Shown: positions 38,196 through 53,432, counted from the whole stretch's first letter. The stretch: 63,785 nt of DNA, filler included, from Octopus bimaculoides (GCF_001194135.2; 5 parts of 5 records of this genome joined end to end with filler, not necessarily neighbours in it); one strand, 5' to 3'. Notes: generated from the letters alone by a model not told the origin. Translations and numbers: made by a program.

Positions 38196-39049
38196 CCAAT
38201 GTAGTGAACTAGAGATTGGCCTGTTAGAAACCTATAAGTAACAACACTATTTGTTCACAAAATGCGATATTGAAACATGTAAAATTACAAAATTATTTTT
38301 ATACTTTGATAATTTCTCAAAAGGTTTCGAAGGTTAGAAATTCTTGTGACGACTTCCGTACAAACAGTAATTTCACTGTTTAGTGAGCGATTTTAGCAAA
38401 TCAGAAATTAATAACCTGTTGAGGGCTATATTATTGTTAGTACTGTGGCAGGTGCCTGGTTTAGTCATTGTGGTATTCGGATCACGATCATAAGGACGCA
38501 TTGTAACCTTGAGTGAAGCACTTTATTTCACATTGTCCTAGTCCACTCAGCTGGCAAATATTAGTAGTACCTGTATTTCAAAGAGCCAGCCTTGTCACAT
38601 TTTGTGCCACTCTGAAACTCCTTGAGAACTTCATTAAGGGTACACGAGTCTGTGGAATGCTCAGCCACTTGTGCGTTAATTTCACGTGCAGGCTATTCCG
38701 TTGATCGGACCAACGGAAACCCTTGTTGTAACTGACGGAATATCATTTTTAGTACATGTATTGCCAAAACAAATAAATTTTAGAACTATATAATACAAGT
38801 CAAAATATGTTCTCCTACTGACAGTTACAACAACCCTTATTATTTCGCAATCTCTGCAGCTCTTAACTATTTTTAGCCCAGGATTCAGCCTCGATAGTGT
38901 AGAATTGGTTATCTGAAATCACGAAGAACATTAAATAAACGAAAAAATATTTCACGACAATAGCTTCTGCTAGTTTAAAAAACACGCAAGTTAGTTTACG
39001 CTCAATCTTTGCTCGTTATTTATCTGCTCACACACATTTAACTATATCA

Positions 39050-40560
39050 CAGATTTTTCTATTGACACGAAAACATGAAAGTATCATGTGGATTTTCCAT
39101 AACAGTTCGACAACAAATTATCTAATTTACTTATCGATGCACATTTTTTTACAAATATTTACGTAAACTTCACTTCTTTTGTTGTAAATTAAAATCTGAA
39201 ATCTAAATTTGTTCTTTTGTAACCTGCGTTTACAAACCGCGTTCTATAGAATGATCATAACATTAATTTACCAACAATTTCTGCTGAGATCTACATTTTT
39301 GCTGATATTTGGGAGATAAAACACAAAATTCTTTGCAACCAAATTTTGCTGTCATGTCTACGAACATTCCTTTTAATTTCCTAAACTCTTATTAGCTGGC
39401 GTTTTTGCTTTCTATAGGTCTTTCACGATAATATCTGGACAATTTATACCTATTTCTTTAGACATTTCTTAGAATATTGTTACTCAATTACTTCTCGATA
39501 CTGCATACCTATTTTCTATGCCAAATATATAATTTTCGCATAGCTTCCAGTTGGCATATTCAGTTTTCTCTAGGGATGGATATTTTGTGATCACATGATC
39601 TTTTTTTTTTTTTTGGTAAATTTATTAAGAATCATATCTATGTAGCTTTTGGTGGAACGGCAAAAGATTCTATGCTTCTATTAGAAAAGGTCTCCGGTTT
39701 CAGTTTTTAAATCTGAGCTTCGATCTCGATAATATATGTTGGTTCTTTCAAAGCAGATTGTATGGAATACACAAAAAATTTACGTTCCACCCATTCAAGC
39801 ATATTTTATTTTTGTGAATTTAATATTTTCTTAAAATCGGTTTTCCTTTGAAAATTTCCCTTTCTTTCGTTTTCTTTTTTTCTAGTACTCGTGCTGTTTT
39901 GCATTCATTCACCTTTGTAAAGATGCAATTTTTATGTGTTCGAGTGTGTGTGTGCTTAATTAATTTTATATTAATCAATTTGTATCCTTTTCTGTTGTAT
40001 ACATTTGTGTAAACCTATAGCATATATATTATAGCGGTTTCTCTAAGTGTAGGTGGTAAATACCGTCTATTATCATTTATTTAGGAATGATATATTCTAA
40101 ATATAGTCATTAATCTCCCTCTATATCTGTCTAATCTTAGTTCGATCATCTTCTACTTTATTACATTATAACTTATGATAGGCACAGCTAACGCATTACT
40201 AGCAATATGTGCCTAAGTTATGGGGGTATTGTTTATATATTTGCGCCTCATTTTATCATCCTAAAGATTCCAATTATTATGGCCATTGTTTGTCTTTAAT
40301 CCCCACTTTGTAGATATCTATATTTCCAGATCTTCATGTTCGGATAATTTCGCTTTTTTTGTTGAGATATATTGTCGTCCGTTAGAATTGATTCAGCGAT
40401 TAGAAGACATTAATTCTCTTGATTGCCTTTAACAATAGTATCTAAGAGATTTTCCTCGATCTCTCTATCCCACTCTCTTTGTACCTTTGTCTCTTCCTCT
40501 TTTTATGAGAATTGAATATCCCGAGAATATGGTTACTTTCATCATTCTCTGTGATATTTT
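39050..40560 (-). mobile_element. Highly degraded R4/Dong-like RT remnant
   Basis: Minus peptides IKRINVF..TTIYLNKK..IIRT and NALAVPIISY..ELRLDR..LMTIFRIYH..RRYLP parallel the post-RT motifs of 33653-35775. Confidence 0.55.
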
Positions 40561-40908
40561 ATGTTGTATATTTGTTCATCTCTTTTCTGAACATATTTCC
40601 ATAACGTTCGCATAGTTTGCAATTTAGGAAACCTCAGACTCTGCCGTATCTGTTTTATATACTCTGTATTCACTAAGATCAGTGCCATCTTAAGACTTGG
40701 GTATACTGGGCATTGCCCAGATGCCCCCACAGATGTAGGGGCCCAATTGTAATCTATGGATGCTGTGATTTGCTGCTAAAAGATACTATAGGGCCTAGTG
40801 CATTGATTTGACTTGAGGACTATAATGCTACTAAGACGGCCATCACAAAGTTTATGTAACAAGAAACAATGTGACTGCATCCACCTTGTGTGTGTATGTG
40901 AGTGTGTA

Positions 40909-40966
<58 letters not shown>

Positions 40967-43865
40967 NNNNNNNNNNNNNNNNNNNNNNNNNNNNNNNNNN
41001 NNNNNNNNNNTTAATTAATTAANNNNNNNNNNNNNNNNNNNNNNNNNNNNNNNNNNNNNNNNNNNNTGAATGGGTGGTTGGCTGGTCGGTCGGTCGGTAA
41101 GTCGGTCTGCTTGTCGGTCGGTCGGTTGTCTCGTGATGTGTCCAGCAGGAATAACAAACAGAACGTTATAAAATATGGAACCGAGAAGAGATAGAGAGAG
41201 AGAGAGAGAGGGGGGGGGAACAAGAGCGAGGGAAGGAGCGAGTAAGAGGCAGAGAGTGAGTGGAGAAAGAGGGGGAAAGGAGAGTGAGACGGAGAGAGGG
41301 GAAGCGGCGAAAACTGACAGACATAGACCGGAAAGAGAGAATGGGAGAGAGTGAGAGAGCTGGAGGGGAAGAAGGAGAGAGAGGAGAAACGAGAGAGAGA
41401 AAGAGGGACAGAGAGTGTGAATGAAACTCAGTGTAAGTACATGACCTGCTAGAAATAACAGCCAATCTCTCAAAGTACACCATATCGTCTAAGATATTAT
41501 ATAACGTGCGTGTGTGTGTGTGTGTGTGTGTGTGAAGGCGCATGGCTCAGTGGTTAGGGTGTTGCACCCGTTGCACCTGTACAGGTAATGTCAATTTGAT
41601 GGAGGGAGTGAGCTTATGTGAACACAGACATTTCTTCATTATAAACAAATTATGTGGGCTGTTGTTCGGCAAAGAATTGCCGAACCCTCATACGTCGTCC
41701 GACGACTGGAGAGTCCATGATGTATATATACATATACATATACATATATATNNNNNNNNNNNNNNNNNNNNNNNNNNNNNNNNNNNNNNNNNNNNNNNNN
41801 NNNNNNNNNNNNNNNNNNNNNNNNNNNNNNNNNNNNNNNNNNNNNNNNNNNNNNNNNNNNNNNNNNNNNNNNNNNNNNNNNNNNNNNNNNNNNNNNNNNN
41901 NNNNNNNNNNNNNNNNNNNNNNNNNNNNNNNNNNNNNNNNNNNNNNNNNNNNNNNNNNNNNNNNNNNNNNNNNNNNNNNNNNNNNNNNNNNNNNNNNNNN
42001 NNNNNNNNNNNNNNNNNNNNNNNNNNNNNNNNNNNNNNNNNNNNNNNNNNNNNNNNNNNNNNNNNNNNNNNNNNNNNNNNNNNNNNNNNNNNNNNNNNNN
42101 NNNNNNNNNNNNNNNNNNNNNNNNNNNNNNNNNNNNNNNNNNNNNNNNNNNNNNNNNNNNNNNNNNNNNNNNNNNNNNNNNNNNNNNNNNNNNNNNNNNN
42201 NNNNNNNNNNNNNNNNNNNNNNNNNNNNNNNNNNNNNNNNNNNNNNNNNNNNNNNNNNNNNNNNNNNNNNNNNNNNNNNNNNNNNNNNNNNNNNNNNNNN
42301 NNNNNNNNNNNNNNNNNNNNNNNNNNNNNNNNNNNNNNNNNNNNNNNNNNNNNNNNNNNNNNNNNNNNNNNNNNNNNNNNNNNNNNNNNNNNNNNNNNNN
42401 NNNNNNNNNNNNNNNNNNNNNNNNNNNNNNNNNNNNNNNNNNNNNNNNNNNNNNNNNNNNNNNNNNNNNNNNNNNNNNNNNNNNNNNNNNNNNNNNNNNN
42501 NNNNNNNNNNNNNNNTATATACATGAGTATTGTGCGTGTGAGTGAGTGTATATGTATATACACGAATAGTACTAATTTAGATATGTGGTGTGTTTTACTT
42601 TCATGAGAATTAGGGCGCCAGTACCATCGAAGTTTCGCTCTGCTAACCTTCGTTTTGCTGTCAGAAAAAAGTATTGAGTAATGTTTTAGCTTGAAACACA
42701 GAACAAAGTTTAATATACATACATGAATACATGCATACATACATATATATATATATATATACACACTGGCACACAAATACACAATGTGTGCGTGCGTATG
42801 TGTGTGTGTGTGTGTGTGCGCGTGCGCTTGTATAGAAAAGGGTATTTTTTATAGGTACAAGGACCCCTTTTGGTTACAGATCTCCTTATTCAGGGCTGAC
42901 CTAGGTTTCAATAGCGACAACAGGATGTGATGTTAAATTTTTTTTTTTTTCAAAGAATTTCGTGGAAAAGAAAAATAGCGTGGAGATGAAGGAAGAAAGA
43001 TGGTGGTGGTGGTGGTGGTGGTGGTAGTGATCGGGATCGCCGATGGTTAACGTTGATCATGACCCTCATCATTCCCGTTCCACGAATATAAATAAAGAAG
43101 ANNNNNNNNNNNNNNNNNNNNNNNNNNNNNNNNNNNNNNNNNNNNNNNNNNNNNNNNNNNNNNNNNNNNNNNNNNNNNNNNNNNNNNNNNNNNNNNNNNN
43201 NNNNNNNNNNNNNNNNNNNNNNNNNNNNNNNNNNNNNNNNNNNNNNNNNNNNNNNNNNNNNNNNNNNNNNNNNNNNNNNNNNNNNNNNNNNNNNNNNNNN
43301 NNNNNNNNNNNNNNNNNNNNNNNNNNNNNNNNNNNNNNNNNNNNNNNNNNNNNNNNNNNNNNNNNNNNNNNNNNNNNNNNNNNNNNNNNNNNNNNNNNNN
43401 NNNNNNNNNNNNNNNNNNNNNNNNNNNNNNNNNNNNNNNNNNNNNNNNNNNNNNNNNNNNNNNNNNNNNNNNNNNNNNNNNNNNNNNNNNNNNNNNNNNN
43501 NNNNNNNNNNNNNNNNNNNNNNNNNNNNNNNNNNNNNNNNNNNNNNNNNNNNNNNNNNNNNNNNNNNNNNNNNNNNNNNNNNNNNNNNNNNNNNNNNNNN
43601 NNNNNNNNNNNNNNNNNNNNNNNNNNNNNNNNNNNNNNNNNNNNNNNNNNNNNNNNNNNNNNNNNNNNNNNNNNNNNNNNNNNNNNNNNNNNNNNNNNNN
43701 NNNNNNNNNNNNNNNNNNNNNNNNNNNNNNNNNNNNNNNNNNNNNNNNNNNNNNNNNNNNNNNNNNNNNNNNNNNNNNNNNNNNNNNNNNNNNNNNNNNN
43801 NNNNNNNNNNNNNNNNNNNNNNNNNNNNNNNNNNNNNNNNNNNNNNNNNNNNNNNNNNNNNNATA

Positions 43866-43905
<40 letters not shown>

Positions 43906-45371
43906 CCAAATTGAAGGATTGGAGTAGGGATCCCAAGTTAACTCGCAGGGATACTGCAAGTTAACATGGGATCTTGTGACGACAATGTAACCTTCATTTA
44001 ACTAAGGTATCTTCGGCCTGATGAGTAGATAGTGGAATATCTCAGGTTGCGTAATTTCCTAACTAGGAAATCTATGTAGCCTGGATTTTACCTGCTTCGT
44101 TCCCTCAGTTTGGATTTTTATTCACATATACAGCAATCCCAGCTGCTAACCGTAAACTATTAAATAACTATTTCCCGCTTATCGAACTTCGATATGGAAA
44201 ACATTTACAACCTTCTACGCTAATAAACTACTATTGTTCCTGAAAGATGTTTTTTATACCTTCTATAGACTCCTCGAAGCTTTCTAACTTCCTACACCTT
44301 GATCCTCCAGCATGGGAGCGATCCAGTAACTTGAACAAGAAAAGATAAAAGATTTAAAGATAATACTTTCTACTATCGGCACAAGGCCTGAAATTTTCTG
44401 GGGAAGGAATAAGTTAATTACATCGACCTCAATACTCGACTGGTACTTATTTTATAGACCTCGAAAAGATTAATGTCAAAGTTGACCTCGGTGGAATCTC
44501 AGCTTTGACCGTAAAGGAGGACGAAACGCCGCTAATAGATAAAAGTTGGTATATTTAAAATGACCTTCGTGGTGAGAAGAATAATTTGTTTTTGCTGTTA
44601 AATTTGAAAATTGAGACAACTCCGCAAATTCTGAATCGATTTAGGAAAAAGAAATATTGAGTCGAAGATACGCAGAATGGAAAGAGTACATCGACCGACC
44701 ACAAGAACACCGACCCGCTCTAAACTACTACCAACAAATACAGCAATAAGAACAACAACAACAATAACAGCAACAACGACAATTAAAGATTGGGAGGAAA
44801 ATTTAGTAGGAGTGTTAAAAAAATCTATCATGACGTCTCTTATTTAACACGCGGGACCAGAGGGGAAAAATTGACAGTTAAGACGGAGTGGGAGTTTGTT
44901 TTCAAAAGAACAGACGATAGCGTAAGTGCTGACGTCAGCAGATTTATTAGTTTAATGGTGGATGTTAAGAATCTTTAATATATATCATTGTTTGAGGAGA
45001 GATAGGCAAAGAGGCATACATAATAGATTGGATATATGAAAATAATGTCTTTATTAATAATATGTATGTGTAGGTGTCGACGTTAGTGTTTCTGTGTGGG
45101 TCTTATATGCATATTGCGTGTCTGTGTACGCCTATGTGTGTGTATGTGTGTGCGTCTGTGTGTTGCGTTCGAACGTATGTACATGTATGTGGAGACGTGT
45201 GTACATGAGAGTGTGGGTGTATGCACATTTGTGAGTGTGCGAATGTATGTAAGTGTACATGTGTATGTGTGCGTGTATGTGTAGTGTATGTGTGTGTGTA
45301 GTGTAGACATTCGGCCATATGGTGATGTGTATTTATAACTAGATATATTTGAGGATATAGCGTGTGTGCAA

Positions 45372-45408
<37 letters not shown>

Positions 45409-45451
45409 TATATATACATACATATAGACCTACATATACATATACATATAC

Positions 45452-45489
<38 letters not shown>

Positions 45490-46608
45490 GTACGTGTATG
45501 TGTGTGTATACACGCATATATGAATATTTACATATATATATACAATTATACCTTAATGTGTGTGTGGGTGTATGTCAGTGTGTCTGTGTGTGTGTGTTTG
45601 TGTGTGTGTGAGTGTATGTGTGTATAGGTAAATGTCACCATATGGTAATATATATTTATAGCTAGATATATTTAACGATGTAGGCGTATATATATTTATA
45701 TGTATATATACACACACACACAAGCACACACGCATATATGTATGTATGTATATATGTGTATGTATATATATATATATATATATATATNNNNNNNNNNNNN
45801 NNNNNNNNNNNNNNNNNNNNNNNTATGCATATATATGCATATATATATATATTTCTGTGTGTCCGTGTGTGTGTATCTATATATGTATATATGTACGTAT
45901 ATGTTTACATGTCTATATTTATCTATTTATATGTGTATGTGTAGTTACATGTGCAAGTACATGTGTGTTTGTGCATGCGTATATAAACATATATATATAT
46001 ATATATATACACACAAACGCACATATATATATATATATATTTATATACATGTGTTTGTGTGTGTGTATACATTACATAGATATGTATATATATTTATATT
46101 TATGTATGTATCTAAGTATATTCGTGTGTGCATGAGTACGTACGTATGTACATTTGTATGTATGTATGTCTGTATGTCTGTCTGTATGTATGTATGTATG
46201 TATGTATGTGTGTGTGTGTGTGTGTATTTGCATGTGTATGTCTAATTATAGTTACTGTTGCAGACAGCCAAGTGGAAGAATTCATTCTACCAAACTCAAA
46301 GACCAGTTTTACATGGATTATTGATGTTTGACTGTCAATTCTTCAAGTCCATTGTAAAGATGTCTCCCTTTTCTCCTTCAGGGGACACACAAGTCTCAAG
46401 ACGAAAATAGGGCAGCGGTGAGGGTGATGGAGACGGCAAGGAGGTTGGGTGATCGAATGATATTGATGGCTACAATAGGCTGATTGTGTGATGGATCGAA
46501 CGCTGTCCGTTCCAGCTTTTCTTGTCCCATTCTGTTTCGTGGGGTTTTTAATAAAGTGTGACATGGAATGGTGTGTGTCTGTGTGTCTACATACAAATGT
46601 ATTGAGAC

Positions 46609-46649
<41 letters not shown>

Positions 46650-46759
46650 AATGTCGAGAGATGTGTGGAAATAACTTTCACGACCGCCAGAGGATATTTC
46701 GCGATTGACGACGTCATCTTTATCATTGGTTTCTTTCTGTCGTCGATATCGTCATCTTT

Positions 46760-47334
46760 TTCTTCTTCATTTTCTTCTTCTTCTTCTTCTTCTTCTTCTT
46801 CTTCTTCTTCTTCTTCTTCTTCTTCTTCTTCTTCTTCTTCTTTTCTTCCTCTTCTTCTTCTCCTTCTCCGTCTTCCCTTTCTTCTTTCTTCCTCTTTCTC
46901 TCCTTTCTCTTCTTCTTCTTCTTCTTCTTCTTCTTCTTTTTCTTCTTCTTCTTCTTCTTCTCTTTCTCCTTCTTCCCTTTCTTCTTTCTTCCTCTTTCTC
47001 TTCTTCTTCTTCTTCTTCTTCTTCTTCTCCACTACTTCTCCACTACTACCACCGCCACCAAAACCCCCCACACCACCACTAACCATGCCACCATCACCAC
47101 CGTCAACACGAGCATCAACAACAACAACATTACCAATAACATCATCGTCATCATCATCGTCATCGTCATTATCAGCATCATTATCATCATCGACCACGCC
47201 GTCGTCATCATCGTCATCATCATCATCATCATCATCTTCATCATCTTCATCACCATCACGATCTTCATCCTCATCATCATCCTCATCCTCCTCATCATCA
47301 TCATCACCACCACCACCACCACCACCACCACCAC
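46760..47334. repeat. (CTT)n, then (CAT)n/(CAC)n trinucleotide tracts
   Basis: Read directly; this is the source of the poly-S/E/D ORFs. Confidence 0.92.
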
Positions 47335-48663
47335 NNNNNNNNNNNNNNNNNNNNNNNNNNNNNNNNNNNNNNNNNNNNNNNNNNNNNNNNNNNNNNNNNN
47401 NNNNNNNNNNNNNNNNNNNNNNNNNNNNNNNNNNNNNNNNNNNNNNNNNNNNNNNNNNNNNNNNNNNNNNNNNNNNNNNNNNNNNNNNNNNNNNNNNNNN
47501 NNNNNNNNNNNNNNNNNNNNNNNNNNNNNNNNNNNNNNNNNNNNNNNNNNNNNNNNNNNNNNNNNNNNNNNNNNNNNNNNNNNNNNNNNNNNNNNNNNNN
47601 NNNNNNNNNNNNNNNNNNNNNNNNNNNNNNNNNNNNNNNNNNNNNNNNNNNNNNNNNNNNNNNNNNNNNNNNNNNNNNNNNNNNNNNNNNNNNNNNNNNN
47701 NNNNNNNNNNNNNNNNNNNNNNNNNNNNNNNNNNNNNNNNNNNNNNNNNNNNNNNNNNNNNNNNNNNNNNNNNNNNNNNNNNNNNNNNNNNNNNNNNNNN
47801 NNNNNNNNNNNNNNNNNNNNNNNNNNNNNNNNNNNNNNNNNNNNNNNNNNNNNNNNNNNNNNNNNNNNNNNNNNNNNNNNNNNNNNNNNNNNNNNNNNNN
47901 NNNNNNNNNNNNNNNNNNNNNNNNNNNNNNNNNNNNNNNNNNNNNNNNNNNNNNNNNNNNNNNNNNNNNNNNNNNNNNNNNNNNNNNNNNNNNNNNNNNN
48001 NNNNNNNNNNNNNNNNNNNNNNNNNNNNNNNNNNNNNNNNNNNNNNNNNNNNNNNNNNNNNNNNNNNNNNNNNNNNNNNNNNNNNNNNNNNNNNNNNNNN
48101 NNNNNNNNNNNNNNNNNNNNNNNNNNNNNNNNNNNNNNNNNNNNNNNNNNNNNNNNNNNNNNNNNNNNNNNNNNNNNNNNNNNNNNNNNNNNNNNNNNNN
48201 NNNNNNNNNNNNNNNNNNNNNNNNNNNNNNNNNNNNNNNNNNNNNNNNNNNNNAGCACTACCTCCACCATCGTTCGCATCACCACCGATATCATTACCGC
48301 CGCCCCCACCACCATCATCATCATCAGCATCACCAAAATCAAAGTGTAACATAAAACCCACTCGTCGACCCTTCGGGTTGTGTTACAGCGGTGGTAGTCA
48401 CGTGAGGCTACAGAATTAGGCGTGCAAGTGCGGGTGCTGGCGGGGGAGGAGCAGCAAGAAGTAGCGCCCTCTATATGGATATGCCCTGCTTGCGTAATTT
48501 TTACACACGCACACACACACATACTGTACGACTGTGCAACCGATGTCGACCACGGTAATGATGAGGATGATGATGATGATGATGATGACGGTAATGATGA
48601 TGATGATGGACATTACTTAGCCATCTGTTTTACTGAAGAATTCCTGTACCTCCTTCCGCACTT

Positions 48664-48721
<58 letters not shown>

Positions 48722-50384
48722 TCTCTGTCTTCCTTCTTTCCTCTCTGTCTACCAATCTACCTATCTATCTACTTCGTATTTCTACCTATTTCTCAACACC
48801 TCTCCATCATTCAGTTTCGTTCTGTGTATCTCTGCTTACCTTTTTGCACACACAAACACACACACACACACACACACACATACGTTTGTGTGTATATGTG
48901 TGTGCGTGCGAGTGTGTGTTCATACATATANNNNNNNNNNGATGATGATGTTGATGATGATGATGATGATACCTTATTTCAAAATTTTTTGCATCTCGGC
49001 CTTATAATGTGTTTACTCTTGAATAATAACGAGTCGTCACCCGCAATCTCAGCCATCCAAGAATTTTCGAATGATCTTCCTTGTTTCTGAAAAGACGTTT
49101 TGCCGCATATATTCTATGTACTTCTGCAAGCCAATCTTGTTATTAAGTCTGGGGTCGATGAAATACATTGCCAGTCGAACACCAGAGTCGGTTTAAGTAT
49201 CTAGTGTCTGCCCTCAATACTTTACTCGTTGTGTCTATAGTAAAAAGGATTATTATTATTATTATCATTGTTCAGTAGTTTTATTTTTATAACATGCTTT
49301 CACTTCACTACCGAGCGCAGCTCTGTGTGCCTTGGGTATGTGCTGTGGTTTGCTGTGATGCTCTTATGGTTACTGTATTGAAAGTGTTTTGCGTAGGATG
49401 TGTGCAGTGCCCAGTAGTGCAATTTTCTGTATGTTATATATATTTGTAAGTCCTGGTGTTTTTGTTATGTATTTGTCTGAATATTTTTTTTATTATACCT
49501 AAGGCACCTACTATGATAGGAATTGTTTCTCNNNNNNNNNNNNNNNNNNNNNNNNNNNNNNNNNNNNNNNNNNNNNNNNNNNNNNNNNNNNNNNNNNNNN
49601 NNNNNNNNNNNNNNNNNNNNNNNNNNNNNNNNNNNNNNNNNNNNNNNNNNNNNNNNNNNNNNNNNNNNNNNNNNNNNNNNNNNNNNNNNNNNNNNNNNNN
49701 NNNNNNNNNNNNNNNNNNNNNNNNNNNNNNNNNNNNNNNNNNNNNNNNNNNNNNNNNNNNNNNNNNNNNNNNNNNNNNNNNNNNNNNNNNNNNNNNNNNN
49801 NNNNNNNNNNNNNNNNNNNNNNNNNNNNNNNNNNNNNNNNNNNNNNNNNNNNNNNNNNNNNNNNNNNNNNNNNNNNNNNNNNNNNNNNNNNNNNNNNNNN
49901 NNNNNNNNNNNNNNNNNNNNNNNNNNNNNNNNNNNNNNNNNNNNNNNNNNNNNNNNNNNNNNNNNNNNNNNNNNNNNNNNNNNNNNNNNNNNNNNNNNNN
50001 NNNNNNNNNNNNNNNNNNNNNNNNNNNNNNNNNNNNNNNNNNNNNNNNNNNNNNNNNNNNNNNNNNNNNNNNNNNNNNNNNNNNNNNNNNNNNNNNNNNN
50101 NNNNNNNNNNNNNNNNNNNNNNNNNNNNNNNNNNNNNNNNNNNNNNNNNNNNNNNNNNNNNNNNNNNNNNNNNNNNNNNNNNNNNNNNNNNNNNNNNNNN
50201 NNNNNNNNNNNNNNNNNNNNNCCTGTAAAGTAGTGGGGTCGATTTAATCAACTAAACCCCAACATTTCAGGCATTGTGCTTATAGTAGAAAAGATTATCG
50301 TTGCTGCTGTTGCTGTTGATGTTGAACCAGTCTTTTCTTTTTATTTTTGTTCAAGGTGACGAAAGGTACGAAAAGTATCTCTTT

Positions 50385-50805
50385 TACTCTCTTTTACTTG
50401 TATCAGTCATTTGACTGCGGCCATGCTGGGGCACCGCCTTTTAGTCGAGCAAATAGACCCCAGGATTTATTCTTTTTGGAAGCCTAGTACTTATTCTATC
50501 AGTCTCTTTTTGCCGAACCGCTAAGTTACGGGGACGGAAACACACCAGCATCGGTTGTCAAGCGAAGCTGAGGGGGGGACAAACACAGACATACAAACAT
50601 ATACACACACACATATATATACATATACATATATACGAGGGGGCTTCTTTCAGTTTCCGTCTACCAAATCCACTCACAAGGCTTTGGTCGGTCCGAGGCT
50701 ATAGCAGAAGATACTTGCCCAAAGTGCCACGCAGTGGGATTGAACCTAGAACCATGATGTTGGTAAGCAAGCTACTTACCGCACAGCCACTCCTGCGCCT
50801 ATATT
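50385..50805 (-). mobile_element. SINE family B, full length
   Basis: Minus strand AGGCGCAGGAGTGGCTGTGCGGTAAGTAGCTTGC..CACTTTGGGCAAGT.. plus tail. Confidence 0.92.
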
Positions 50806-52019
50806 GGTATAATGGTAGGTTTTTAATAAACACTCATTTTAAACCCTGCTGTAAAAGGTAAATGCTTTTGTTAAACCATGCATTTTTTCTGTTATCAAGA
50901 GAAAAAAAAGTGAAACTTACTTGTTGCAGGGTTTTTTTACTGGTTCATCAGAAGTCAGTCATTCAGATGATGTGAAAATAGCAAGGTTGGCCACTTATAT
51001 TAAAAGCAATTTCCGAAAGAACCGTATGTTTCCTTAAAACACATTCGTAATTCTAACCTTTTCCACACATCCAAGCAATCCAAGGTCACAGAAGCAGTAC
51101 ATATACTGAAAAAGAGAAGATTCTGAACCAATGACCGCGCATAAAAGAAACATTGAACAGAGTAATAACAGCTCCGCATAGCAACCAAACATCACCATCA
51201 AGAACGCAGTAATGCAAGAATGATGATGCAATAAGATTTAAAGTCAGCTGAAGTTACATACACACACATACACGAGTCACAAACAGTATGCCAATAAACT
51301 TTATAGACATTGATGCACACGCAATGATACTGGTTCAACAAAAAGAAACAAATCTTATTCAATTTGAAAAAATACAAGTATAAACGAATGGAATAAAAAC
51401 TGATAAGAAACACAAACATACAGATGGATGGATATTTGACAACGTGATATACAGAACAAAATGGCAAAACAAATTCAATGTCAAACTAGTCAGCAATAAA
51501 AGTGAAGCTAAAGTGAGCAGTAACGAATGCGTGTGTTTATTGGTATTATGACCCACGAGTTGTCAAATTCTAATGTGTTTTCATGTTTTTGTAATCCGTG
51601 GTGTCACGCACGCTGAGCTTGCACGGCTGAAGACATCAAAAAACAATCTTCGAATTGTTGACACAAAAACTTGAAGTCCGGAATGTAAGTCTTTATGCCT
51701 GCACCATTCCATAAATATAGTTCCATGTTACTGAGGTCTATCTCTTTTGTCGTCACACGTAGTTTACCGATATATACATATATAAAATCAATTACACTCC
51801 AGGTCAAATAAGAGGCAAATAAGATATAATTTCCTATTGTTACAGCTGTTTCCTTATTCAGTTTCAGTTACGTTATCGACTCTAATTCGAAGGTACATAC
51901 TCAATACATATACTTCGCATTTACATTATACACATATACGCATACATTTATATGCACACATACAATTATATAGTTACAAAACTGTGCGCGCACACATATA
52001 TGCGCAAACATACATGCGT

Positions 52020-52060
<41 letters not shown>

Positions 52061-52699
52061 ATTTCTTCCGCTTCTCTACTTTTTGAGTTCAAACCAAACC
52101 GAGGCTATCTTTAGAATCCATCATTTCTGGGTTTTAAATGAAAGTATTAGTTAAGTGCTAGGGTCACTGATATTTTTCGAAATCCTTCCTTTTAAAACTA
52201 TTGGCTTTGTACCTATATGTGTGTATGTGTGTGCGAGTGTGTTTGTATATGTGTGTGCNNNNNNNNNNNNNNNNNNNNNNNNNNNNNNNNNNNNNNNNNN
52301 NNNNNNNNNNNNNNNNNNNNNNNNNNNNNNNNNNNNNNNNNNNNNNNNNNNNNNNNNNNNNNNNNNNNNNNNNNNNNNNNNNNNNNNNNNNNNNNNNNNN
52401 NNNNNNNNNNNNNNNNNNNNNNNNNNNNNNNNNNNNNNNNNNNNNNNNNNNNNNNNNNNNNNNNNNNNNNNNNNNNNNNNNNNNNNNNNNNNNNNNNNNN
52501 NNNNNNNNNNNNNNNNNNNNNNNNNNNNNNNNNNNNNNNNNNNNNNNNNNNNNNNNNNNNNNNNNNNNNNNNNNNNNNNNNNNNNNNNNNNNNNNNNNNN
52601 NNNNNNNNNNNNNNNNNNNNNTATATGACAAGCAAGTCCTGCTCATGACAAACAAACTCTACTGCAGATCTTACAAATATTTTTAAGCAGAAATATGTC

Positions 52700-53344
52700 T
52701 GAGATCGTAGTTAGATCCGTCTACGAAGTGCCTGTTTCAAGACAGATTGTTCAATTCCTCGAGCTTCAAATGCTTTACATCTTTTGTAGATCATTTGGTT
52801 CCAAACCAATCAATCTTGCGTCATCTCCTCCCAATTTTCAACTTTCACATTAAGAGCCTTAAGATAGCTTTTGACAGCATCGCTAAAACGTTTCTTAGGT
52901 TTATGTCTCAGACGTTTGCCACGCTGCAACTCCCCGTAAAACAACTGCTTTGGCAACCTGTCATCCTCCATCCTAGCAAGGTGACCAACCCAATGCATCC
53001 GATTGCGTATGACGATCATTCCAATACTGGATGTGTTAGCTTGCTAAAGAAAAACGGTGTCTGGTATTAAAGACTTTCGTTTGATGTCTAGTATCCTCCT
53101 TAGGCAGTCTGATGGAATCTTTCTAAAGCCTTGATGTGGCGCCGATATGTCGTCCAGGTCTCAGAAGAGTACAGGAGGACCATTAAAATGCAAGATTCAT
53201 AGATACTAAGCTTGGTGATACCTTTATCAGACCACACACGATCTTCAAGCATTCCAAAGAGAGTGCTGCCAAAATAAATGAAGAGTCTACCACATCTAAT
53301 CTTGTACCCTGGACGAAGATGTTACGTTCCACATAGGATTGGCC
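52700..53344 (-). mobile_element. RTE-clade LINE 3' ORF fragment
   Basis: Reads RMHWVGHLARMEDDRLPKQLFYGELQRGKR..KPKKRFSDAVKSYLK..WEEMTQD, a typical RTE C-terminus. Confidence 0.88.
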
Positions 53345-53354
53345 NNNNNNNNNN

Positions 53355-53432
<78 letters not shown>

